From: Octopus sinensis
Lineage: Eukaryota
DNA: 64,000 nucleotides
Assembly (NCBI RefSeq): GCF_006345805.1
Contig: NC_043002.1
Coordinates: 20,584,001 to 20,648,000, forward strand
Reading direction: 5' to 3'
Below are positions 53,899 through 64,000 of the stretch, piece by piece. The notes below the pieces were generated by a model. The model was not told the origin of the DNA. It worked only from the letters and a program-made list of their open reading frames with translations, and did no database searches. Each line of letters opens with the position of its first letter. Position 1 is the stretch's first letter. A program made the translations under genes and the position numbers.

Positions 53899-54200
53899 CA
53901 TACATATATGTATATATTATATATATACATACATATATATATATATACATACATATATTATATATATATATATACATACATATATATATATAATATATAC
54001 ATACATATATATATATATATATATTATACATACATATATATATATATATATACATACATATATATATATATACACACAACAATATATATGAATATATATA
54101 TATACACACACACCATATATATATGTATATACACACATATTTACATATCTACACACATATACATACACAAACAAGCATATAGATAGATATATATGTGGCA
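53475..54200. repeat. Long (TA)n/(TACA) tract
   Basis: Direct inspection. Representative of dozens of (TA)n tracts, for example at 80-200, 870-1200, 17400-18000, 26000-26230 and 35100-35440. Confidence 0.95.
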
Positions 54201-54516
54201 TATATATAACAGAAACGTTTTGTATGCATATTGCGCAAGCTATATGTGTGCATATATATATATATATCAGTTCTGTTTATATGTATGTGTGTTTCTTTTA
54301 GAGTTTTTGTCGATTGATGTTTTATGTTTTTCTTTGATTTATTTTATATATCATTTGTTTTCCTCACCATCGTCATTTTCAATCATCATCATCGTCGTCA
54401 TCGTCATTTGTATAATTTTTATTTTTATTTTTTCAATTTGCTGTTGTTTTGTTTATTTGTTTGTGGGCGTGTGTATGTTTCAATCTCTAGTTACGGAGAT
54501 GGAAGACATCCTTTCA

Positions 54517-54796
54517 TTATACAAAGATGAAACCTTTCTCGTTTTCCAGGTGACATGTGCAGTCATCATGTTTGGTTGTCATCACCCATTCGCCATGGCA
54601 GTGAGGAACATCCATAGCGTGCCAGTTGGTGATTTCATTGGTCACTCCGTGACCTTTGCAGCGCAGGCCCAATTCGGTGCTCATGGCCAGTGGTTGACAC
54701 TCCACACAGACCTTTTCTTTCTTCTTCAAAATGCTGGCCCATTCGCTGGAGTTACATCCTTCTCGAGAACTCGTGATCAAATAGGTGGCGCAGTAA
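54517..54796 (-). CDS. Coding exon, probably terminal, of an unidentified cysteine-rich protein: YCATYLITSSREGCNSSEWASILKKKEKVCVECQPLAMSTELGLRCKGHGVTNEITNWHAMDVPHCHGEWVMTTKHDDCTCHLENEKGFIFV*
   Basis: Strong acceptor (ttttctttttgtttcag|T TAC TGC, exon starts at 54796, phase 2). About 92 open codons of complex, non-repeat sequence with 8 Cys, including CxxC and CxC. Ends in TAA TGA at 54519-54514, followed by A-rich UTR-like sequence. An alternative donor AAG|GTTTCA lies just before the stop. Family not recognised. Confidence 0.75.
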
Positions 54797-55497
54797 CTGA
54801 AACAAAAAGAAAAGAGATAAATATCTGAAAGTTAGTTTACATTTTTGGTATTGTTTACCCCCTCAGGCAACGACGTTCTAGCTTGGACCATCCCGTGTGT
54901 TTTGGGGGCAAGGTGTCACTTGAAGGCGACTTAATTACTACTTCCAGCATGTCGAGTAACCTCATATGCTGTTGTTATTTAGGCTCAAGTCAAACCTTAT
55001 CGACATTACCAATATATCCTTTTTTTGTCCAAGACTGTAGGTATGATTTGAGGGAGATTTGGTTGCTGTCTCTAGTAGATGAAGCGATCCCGTAGATATT
55101 CGTTAGTGTTTACACAGGGGTTAAAGGTAATGCTATCTGAAGTTGCTGAGGAATGACGGGTTTGCTAAAAGAGATATATGTTTTATGGTGGTTGTTTCCC
55201 CCCCCCCCTGACTAGCTACGCTCAATTAGACCTACGATCGAAAGGTATTCCAGTTGTCCTCACCGCGAGTTTTCCTCTAGCTACCTTATTCAACATATCC
55301 TTATTTTCCAAAGATAAGCTGGAATATAATTTGAGCGAGAGTTAGCTACTGATTTTAGTTGGTCAACTGACCACAGAGGGGCTCCCTCATTAGTTTGTAA
55401 GACTTTGTCACAATCCGCTCAACTGCGATTAGAGACGAGTTACCAGAGAGGGGACGAATTGGCTCGTGCGGACAGATGAGCCACAATCTGTGAGCTT

Positions 55498-55885
55498 ACT
55501 GCGCAAGGAGTGGGTGTGTGGCAAGTAGCTTGCTTACAAACCACATGGTTCCGAGTTCATTCCCACTTCGTGGCACCTTGGGCAAGTGTCTTCTACTATA
55601 GTCTCGGACCGACCAAAGCCTTGTGAGTTGATTTGGTAGACGGAAACTGAAAGAAGCCCGTCGTATATATGTTTGTGTGTCTGTGTTTGTCACCCCCAAC
55701 ATCACTTGACAACCGATGGTAGTGTGTTTACGTCCCGTAACTTAGCGGTTCGGCAAAAGACACCGATAGAATAAGTACCAGGCTTACAAAGAATAAGTCC
55801 TGGGGTCGATTTGCTCCACTAAAGGCGGTGCTCCAGCATGGCCGCAGTCAAATGACTGAAACAAGTAAGAGTTAAACAGTAAAAG
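55498..55885 (+). mobile_element. Family B SINE
   Basis: Full-length copy ending TGACTGAAACAAGTAA. Confidence 0.9.
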
Positions 55886-56526
55886 AGTAACCGGTTTGTG
55901 GTCGCAATACAATACAGAAGAAGGTGGAAGGCTTATGAGTATTGGAAAGTGTGTGCAGTAGACACCCGATTTGAGAGACCTTAGAAATCATAACACAAAG
56001 AACGGACGAAATGCTTCTAAGCATTTTGCTCGGCGTGCTTATGATTCTGCCAGCTCACCGAATTCAACGTGGAAAAAAAAAAATTAAATGTTATTTAAAA
56101 AGTTCGAAAAAATTAAAGCCCGTTTACGAAGTTTCGGAAATTTTGTATGAAGGCATTTGACAATCCTTTGACGAATAGCAAACATGAAAGTGTAACATTT
56201 ATGAAATGGCACAAATGAATACAGTTATTGCTAAATCTTGTTTCCGTAACATTTGGCAAAAAAAGTAAGTCAAATCTCTATACCCTTCAATTGCACATAG
56301 TGTTCCTCTTCCTCCACACACACAGACACACACACACAGACATACACAAAAAAAAAAACAAAAACAAAAACAAAACAAAACAAACTTAATATTAAACGTT
56401 ACCAGAATGCTCAGAATATCTACAGTCAATTAATGTGGCAATGTTGTTTTAGATTTTGATACCGTGGTGTAAGATATTTATTTCTTGCAATTCGATTAAT
56501 TCTTTTACTACTACTACTACTACTGT

Positions 56527-56597
<71 letters not shown>

Positions 56598-58066
56598 TTT
56601 CTTATTCTCTACGAGGGCGCTTCACCTAGTGGAACCAGCAACCAGATTTCTCTAAGATCGTGCCCTACCGTCTTAAAGAAAATGACAGACATGCTATATA
56701 ATGTAGTCATGGATACATTTTGCATAAAGAAACACACGGGATGGACAAAGCTGGAATACTTTTGATCATTTCTACATGCATCGAAACTCTTCTGCAATTG
56801 GTAAACCAATTCTACCAACTGAACCCGAGACATAACCCAGCCAAAATCGATTCATATTTCTTCTCACTACAGCAAAAAAAACGCAGTCCTTCCTTTATTA
56901 AATTATTATATTTTCGCTGAATAAACCCTCAACCCTTCATATACCCTTCCAAACACGAGACTCTCTTTAGATTCTGTTTTTTTTTATTACTACGGACTTA
57001 GGGAACAACGAACAGTATACATGACCCTTTCAAGCCTCCTACGACAGGTAAGGAGAGGAAATTATCCTCAGACCGATGCCTGGCCCTTATATGCTTGCAG
57101 CAGAATGAAACCTGCTAAAGACAACAAAAGGCCGTCAAGGTGATGGTGTTAAAATGAGCGGTGAATTAAGACTAGGAACGATTCCTTCCGCAGGCTTCCA
57201 TACAGTTTTTCTCTACAAAATTTCACACAATTCTTTAGTCAACTCGAGGCAGACCCTTGGCCAAAGTGCCGAGCGCTGGGATCGAACTGAAAACGACATA
57301 GTTACGAAACGAACGTCTTAGCCACAGCCATACCCGTTTGTTTATCTCATCATTCTCTCATTTCGTTTATGATCAAACAGCAATCCACATGTACAGGTAG
57401 TAAATTTAATAACATGCCAGGATTCTCATATTCTTTTTATCTTCCATTACCATGCCCTCACTACTACTACCACCACCACCACTACTACCGTCACCGCCAC
57501 CATCATCATCATAACCACCGCCTGATTTTTATGCTGTAAAATATTTGAAATATATTCCTGGTGTTGGAAATCTAATGATTCCTGCTCCTGACATCTCCCA
57601 GCCCCCAAGACAGCGTTGCTTCTTTCTTTACCTCAGACGCCCTGTAAGATCAGTTGTAATTACCTTCAGATATTGGTTTTATAACGCTGAACAGATGGGA
57701 GACAAATATGTGCCAAGCTGGGGATTGTTGCTTTGCCACGAGCCTGTTCTGAGCCAACACATACGCACACAGAAATAACCAAAACACATTACGGGCCAAC
57801 GAAAGGAGTCGCTAGATTTCCTAGAAAGAGTAACCAAATTCTTCTTAAAATAGTACCTACCGTCTTATGAAAAGAAGACACTACAAGCAAACAAGCGAAT
57901 TTCTACAATAGTACTCGACCTGCAAGTGTGTGTGTGTATTGCATCTCGTCGTTCATCCAAACTTCCCTAGTTTGTAATGGCTAACATGTAACAGCCAACA
58001 AGACATTAATACGTGGTCGTAAGACCAAATCACTCATAAATTATATTATGCTACCTTTTAAATCAT

Positions 58067-58220
58067 GGAAGGTTATACAGATGCAAGCATGGCAATGTGG
58101 TTAAGAAGGTTATATAGATGCGGGCATGGCGATGTGGTTAAGAAGTTTATATAGATGAGGGCATGGCTATATGGTTAAGAAGTTTATATAGATGAGGGCA
58201 TGGCTATGTGGTAAAGAAGT
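58067..58220 (+). repeat. 37-bp minisatellite (4 units) made of a SINE head plus its 5' flank
   Basis: AGAAG recurs at 58104, 58141, 58178 and 58215. The last unit continues into a family B SINE. Confidence 0.9.
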
Positions 58221-58585
58221 TTGCTTTGCAATCACGTGTTTTCGAGTTCATTCTCCTGCACGACTCATTGGATAAGTTTCTTCTATTATAGCCCCAGGTC
58301 GACGAATGCCTTGTGAGTGAATTTGGTTGACGGTAACTATGTGGAAGCCCGTTGTAAGTGTGTACTTGTGTGCGCGCGCGCGTCTGTATTTGTTGCCCTA
58401 CCACCGCTTAACAACCGGTGTTTGCTTGTTTATGTCCCTGTAACTTAGCGGTTCGACAAAAATGCCTAACAGGATAAGTACCAGACTTAATAAGTGTTGG
58501 GGTCAATTTGTTCGACTAAAACCCTTCAAGATGTTGCCCCAGCATGATCGCAATCCAACGACTGAAAACAGATAAAAGTTAAAGA
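58195..58585 (+). mobile_element. Family B SINE (diverged)
   Basis: Head, body and tail motifs are recognisable. Confidence 0.8.
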
Positions 58586-59501
58586 TTGGTCCGAGTAGTG
58601 CTACACCATGTTGAAAAAAATCGTGGGAACAAAAGGGTTAGTCATAGCGGGAACGTCTTTGAACGACCAAGGCTGATCCGTTGCTTGGCTTACACCAGCA
58701 AAATGACAGATAATAGTCTCTTCTTACGCAGAAGAGTTCTCACGAAGGGAAGCAAGTCATACTGTGTGAGTATTCATTTATTTAGCTTACAAATATTTCC
58801 ATAAATGCATGTAATTATCTTTGCAAAAGAATGGAAAACATTGAAGCTGTCAAAGTCGAGTTTAGCTTTACTTATTCATTCGTTTTCGCCAGTTGCATAT
58901 AAAGAACGTGCGCGCGCATATGCATTTGTGTGTGTGTGTGTGTATTTGTGCGTGCTAGGTGGTGTCGTGGAATGAAATACTGAAAATGAGGCTAAAGTTT
59001 CTCTGGGCTAAAATTAATCTCATTCGGGCGGGTGTATGTAAATTAGATGCTTAATGACGTTAATATGGAGATAAATACGAGATGTAAATATAGATTTACT
59101 TTGTATATTTGCATTTTTGTGCGTGAGTGTATGTGTGTAAGAATGCGTGTGTATGTATGTCTGTGTGCACAAAAGTTTTGGAAAGGCCACCTACAAAGCT
59201 GATTATTGTGGTGGAATGTGTTGGTGGTTTGTCGACCAAGATTAATCTCTCTAAATGCAGACATGCATACACATATATGTACATAAATACACATAGACAC
59301 ATAAGCTATGCACACATACATACACATGCGCGCGCACTTTTGATATATGTATATATATGTGTGTGTGTGTGTGTGTGTATGTGTGTGTGTATAAGGGGAT
59401 ATATATACTTTCTTAATAAAATTGCAAAACCATCGCAAAACTGTTACTTAGAGTTTCACGTTCCCGTTCGTCGGGCAGCTTTGGTTGAGAATGTATATAT
59501 A

Positions 59502-59553
<52 letters not shown>

Positions 59554-59566
59554 TATATATATATAT

Positions 59567-60400
59567 ATACTCTTTTACTTGTTTCAGTATATTTGACTGT
59601 GGCCATGCCCGAGCACTGCCTTTAGTCGAGGAAATCGACCCCAGGACTTATTCTTTGTGAGCCTAGTACTTATTTTATCGGACTCTTTTGTCGAACCGAT
59701 AAGTTACGGGGACGTCAACACACCAGCATCGGTTGTTAAGCGATACTGGGGGTGGGGACAAACACAGACACACAAATATATACACACACATACACACATA
59801 TATACATATATACGACGGGCTTCTTCCAGTTTCCGTCTACCAAATCCACTCACAAGGCTTTGGTCGACCCGAGGCTATAGTTGAAGACACTTGCCCAAGG
59901 TGCCACGCAGTAGGACTGAACCCAGAACCATGTGGTTGGTAAGCAAGCTACTTACCACACAGCCACTCCTATATACATATCGCTTAGTGAGGAGGAAAAC
60001 AGTGATCATGACTATGACTGTTCAAGGCCTTCAGTCATTAGATTGCGGCCATGCTGGCGCACCGTCTTAGAGAGTTTACTCGAACAAATCGACCCCAGTA
60101 CTCATTTGTTTAAGTCTCGTACTTATTCTATCGGTCTTTTATTTCCTAACTGCTAAGTTACGGGTGAAATTACAAGCCAACATCAGTTGTCATGTGGCGG
60201 TGAGGAACAAACACAAAAATAAACACACACACATGCGCGCGTGCGTGCAGTGTATTTCTTTCAGTTTCCGTCCACCAAATCCGCACACAAGGCATTGGTC
60301 AGCCCGGGTCTATAATCAAAGACACTTGCCCAAGGAGCCACGCAGTGGGACCAATCTCGGAACCATGTGATTGGAAAGCAAACTGCTAACCACATTAGCT
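59567..60400 (-). mobile_element. Two family B SINEs
   Basis: A near-consensus copy at 59567-59970 and a diverged copy at 60030-60400. Confidence 0.85.
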
Positions 60401-60779
60401 GCGCTCTAAATCCAAGACGGGGCATCAATGTTTACAACAAATCAGATTACACTAAAAGCCCCACGGGTCCTGATGGCGATATTTAGACTGGGTAACACAC
60501 TAGGTCTGCCAACGAGTAGGTTATGGTAAGATTTGAATCAGAGTCTAAACAAATGGCGCGAAACCGTCCGCTGCTCAAACGATTCCATCAGTCCGCCATC
60601 TTAGACTGGCATTGAATTTTGTTTTGTTTTATCTTATTTTATTGACCCCAAATGGAGGAAACGGCAAAACTGACCTCGGTGGCGTTTGAAATGAGAACGG
60701 AAGTTAGGAATTTCGTCCAAGGTACGCTGTCGAGTCTGTCAATCCCTGGAATATATGTGCGTGTATGGAGTGTAATACA

Positions 60780-60991
60780 TACGACGGGATGCTGAGAAGT
60801 TTCTGGTTTTAAGGGTATCGCGAGAGGTCTGGTTGAAGGCCCGAGCTTCCAAGTTCTTTTTACAATACTTAGAAAAATTGAAGGACTGCTGCAATAAGTG
60901 TGTTAATCTGATGTTGAATATAATCATAACTAACTGATCCTCCTGTATTTTCGTTTACCCAAAGATAGAACTTTGCCGTACCCCTCACATA
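60780..60991 (+). mobile_element. Mariner-derived non-autonomous element
   Basis: TA-CGACGGGATGCTGAGAAGTT and GAACTTTGCCGTACCCCTC form imperfect TIRs. The interior has a CCNKCVNL transposase C-terminus remnant. Confidence 0.55.
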
Positions 60992-61496
60992 TATCTATAC
61001 CCCCCCACGTGTGTGTGTGTATGAATCATGTATATATATGTACACATACATACCCACACCCGTATACATGCATATCTTTTTTTGGGAGAGAGCGGAAGGG
61101 TGTAACCTGTATTACATACGTGTATATATGTATAAATATCAAGTCTAGACAAACTTTCTTTTTATCAACATGGTGATGGATGGCAGAGTCGGTAGAGTGT
61201 TAGGTAAACGCCTTGTGGTATTTAGTCACGATTATTTACATCCCAAGTTCAAATGCTGTAAAGGTCAACTTTTTCTTTCATACCTCCGTGGTCAATACAA
61301 TAAATACCAGAGATATACTTGGCAACTGCACACTGATAACCTTCAGCTGAATTTAGAAATATCTAAGTTACTCTCAAAACTAATGCAAACGGATCTCCGT
61401 CAGTTGGAGACGTTGAGTATTTCAGTTGTCCTGTTTACGGATTTACCTAGTTGTTATATTAACATGTAAATGACTAAGTATTTAAATGTGAATATA

Positions 61497-61764
61497 TATC
61501 ATCATCATCATCCTCATTTAACGTCCGTTTTCTATGCTGGCATGGGTTGGACGGTTTGACTGAGGTCTGGAGAGCCAGCGGCTGCACCAGGCTCCAATCT
61601 GATCTGGCAATGCTTCGACAGTTGGATGCCCTTCCGAACACGAACCACTCCGAGAGTGTAGTGGATGCCACCGGCACGGGGGCTAGTCAGCAGGTACTGG
61701 CATCGGCCACGTTCAGATGGTGGTTTTTATGTATCACCGGCACGGGAGCCAGTCAGAGGTTGGG

Positions 61765-61765
<1 letters not shown>
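61497..61765 (-). mobile_element. RTE-type 3'-tail repeat ending in (ATG)n; other copies at 63345-63440 (+) and 63766-64000 (-)
   Basis: ...GCATAGAAAACGGACGTTAAA(TGA)n terminus, with three homologous copies. Confidence 0.65.
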
Positions 61766-61802
<37 letters not shown>

Positions 61803-62639
61803 TATATATACACATATACATATCTACATACACACATATAGACATATGTATATACACAAGTACTACAAGATAGATCCTTTTGATTAGAGAAGCAGTCTAT
61901 TGGACAGTCACACAGTTTGTCTCTTGTATCATGTTTGGTTGGTCAGTATTTTAAAGATACTTGTAACTTTAACGAAATTCTCAGCCACAATCAGCGTTAC
62001 TCAATGTGTGACAAAGCTGACCCTTTGAATTACAAGTGGAGTCTATCAGACGAATTCCCCCGAAGTTTCCATCGAAACGAAACTTCATTAAAAGCCATTT
62101 GCTCAAGACACGGCATAGCGGTTCGAACTGAAGGCCTCATGTTTGTGTGGTGAATTTATTAACTATCCAGCCATACAAATATGGAAAGCATGCAAATATC
62201 CAGGGTTAAAAAAAAATAATTTGCGAGAATATTTGCGAGAATATTTAACGTATTTTAAAAAAAATTCCTGCATACGTACTCACTTCAGATATAAGCTGCC
62301 ATTGCTTAGCTCAATACCAGACTAGTTTGAGCAGAACTGCAATCAAAGATATTCCAACCACAGCCATCCCATCTTATTTTCCAAGCGCAATGTATCTGGA
62401 ACTACATTATGTCACATGTTCGTCCATATATAAGTCAATAAGGTGTAATGAGGGAAATTTGAGTGCTATTTCTAGCAAGTCGAATACTACATAGTGGCTG
62501 CATATTTGGCTCAATGTTTACAGATATTCTTACAATGCTTTATCGTTCCTGTTGTATCAATTACAAATGAGATAAAAGAAACATTTCTTACATACCATAA
62601 TATATTCTATTTAATAGTTATGTCAGTAAAATGTTTTAG

Positions 62640-63093
62640 CCTTTCAGCTCGTTTCTGTACGCCATTATAAGTCAGTCACGATTTTTTATGTAAATTCTTA
62701 ACGCATTATTGTCATATTTATATAAAAAAAAGAAGAAAAAAACTGATGTCGGACTTATAGTAAGCCAGTTTGCTAATGACCCGGCTGTACACTCAAGTCC
62801 TTAACAATCATTGCGTGACCGTTTTAAAAGGCAGATAAAAACCCTTTAAAAGAACACCAAAAATCCTTTTCAGCTCGTTTCTGTACGCCATTGTAAGTCA
62901 GTCATGATTTTTATGAAAATTCTTAACGCATTATTGTCATATTTATATATATATATATATATAAAAAAAAAAAAACTGATGCCGAACTTATAGTAAGCCA
63001 GTTTGCTAGTGATCCGGCTGTATACTCAAGTCCCTGAAAATCATTGCTCAACCATTTTAAAAGGCAGATAAAAACCCTTTAAAAGAACACAAA
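62640..63093. repeat. Diverged tandem duplication of about 226 bp of unique sequence
   Basis: CCTTT(T)CAGCTCGTTTCTGTACGCCATT starts at about 62640 and 62865, with scattered substitutions. Confidence 0.9.
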
Positions 63094-64000
63094 AGATAAT
63101 TTTTCTTTAAGAAAACGTATAATTAATTAAAAGTAATGAGTTTCTGATTTGAATGTAATGATGACAACGATATCTATAACAACAACAACAACAATAATAA
63201 TGGTTTCAAGTTTTGGCACAAGGCCAGCAAATTCGGGGAAGGGGGTGAGTCAACTTCATCGACCTCAGTGTTCAACTGGTACTTATGAAAGGATGAAAGG
63301 CAAAGTCGAGTTCGGAAGATTAATATAATTAGTAATAATATGAAAGGAGCCTGGTGCAGCCTTCTGGCTTGCTAGTCCTCAGTCATACCGTCCAGCTAAT
63401 GCAAGCATGGAAAGCGGGCGTTAAACGACGATGATGATGACGATAACTCAGAACCTAAAGACGGACGAAATGCCGCTAATCATTTTGTTCGGAGTGCTAA
63501 AGATTCTACCAGCTCGCTACCATGATGATGATGATGATGGTTTCAAATTTTGGCACAAGGCCAGCAGTTTTTGAGAGGGAGGGTAAGTCGATTACATCGA
63601 ATCCACTGTACAACTGGTACTTATTTTATCGACCCCGGAAGGATGAAAGACAAAGTCGACTTGGGAGGAATCTGATCTTAGAACGAAAGCACGGACTAAA
63701 TTCCACTGAACATTTTTCTGGCGCGCTAAGGATTCTGCCAACTCGCTGCTCTGATGATCGTCATTATCATCATCATCGTCGTTTAACGTCCGATTTCCAT
63801 TCTGGCATGGTTTGACTGAGCACTAGCAAGCCAGAAGGCTGCACCAGGCTCCAATCAGATCTGGCAAGGTTTCTACAGCTGGATGCCCTCCCAAACGCCA
63901 ACCACTCCGCGAGTGTAGTGGGTGCTTTTTATGTGCCACCGGCACAGGAAGCAGTCAGGTGGCACTGGAAACGACCACGCTCGAATGGTGCTTTTTACGT

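Noticed and set aside
54193-54828. 211-aa plus-strand ORF
   Set aside because: It is low-complexity sequence plus the antisense of the minus-strand Cys-rich exon, which has the splice signal and the protein-like pattern.
56985-57055. Possible plus-strand mini-exon ending ACAG|GTAAGG
   Set aside because: A single good donor with a weak acceptor and no recognisable peptide, which is expected by chance in 64 kb.
58067-58220. 37-bp repeats of CRISPR-like length (also the 20-bp array at 12238)
   Set aside because: The units are contiguous with no unique spacers, there are no cas genes, and the context is eukaryotic.
62745-62805. Imperfect hairpin suggesting a snoRNA or pre-miRNA in the duplicated unit
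   Set aside because: No proper C/D or H/ACA boxes, and the substitutions in the second copy break the pairing rather than compensate.

Overview
This is eukaryotic, AT-rich, extremely repeat-dense DNA, mostly intron or intergenic. The tRNA-derived SINE families and the microsatellite load suggest an octopus genome; that is inferred from recognition, not from a search. Most of the window is (TA)n, (TACA)n, (GATA)n, (CA)n and trinucleotide microsatellite, plus dozens of SINEs from several families. It also holds decayed LINEs (two RTE-type, one R4/Dong-type with a restriction-like endonuclease, one CR1/L2-like RT remnant), Penelope-like remnants, Tc1/mariner and hAT remnants, and MITEs. There is a 100-N assembly gap at 33301-33400. 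Almost all ORF-track entries are microsatellite or antisense artefacts. I can support two host exons on the minus strand: a Cys-rich exon at 54517-54796 and a phase-1 exon starting at 2885. I could not name either protein. A few plus-strand exon and promoter candidates are weaker. The most notable unannotated signals are (1) minimal type-I hammerhead ribozyme motifs from at least three sequence families, each followed by a short tail ending in (TA)n; (2) two long, near-perfect palindromes centred on (TA)n tracts; and (3) retroelements that appear to target specific microsatellites. Repeat boundaries are approximate unless a TSD or TIR is quoted.
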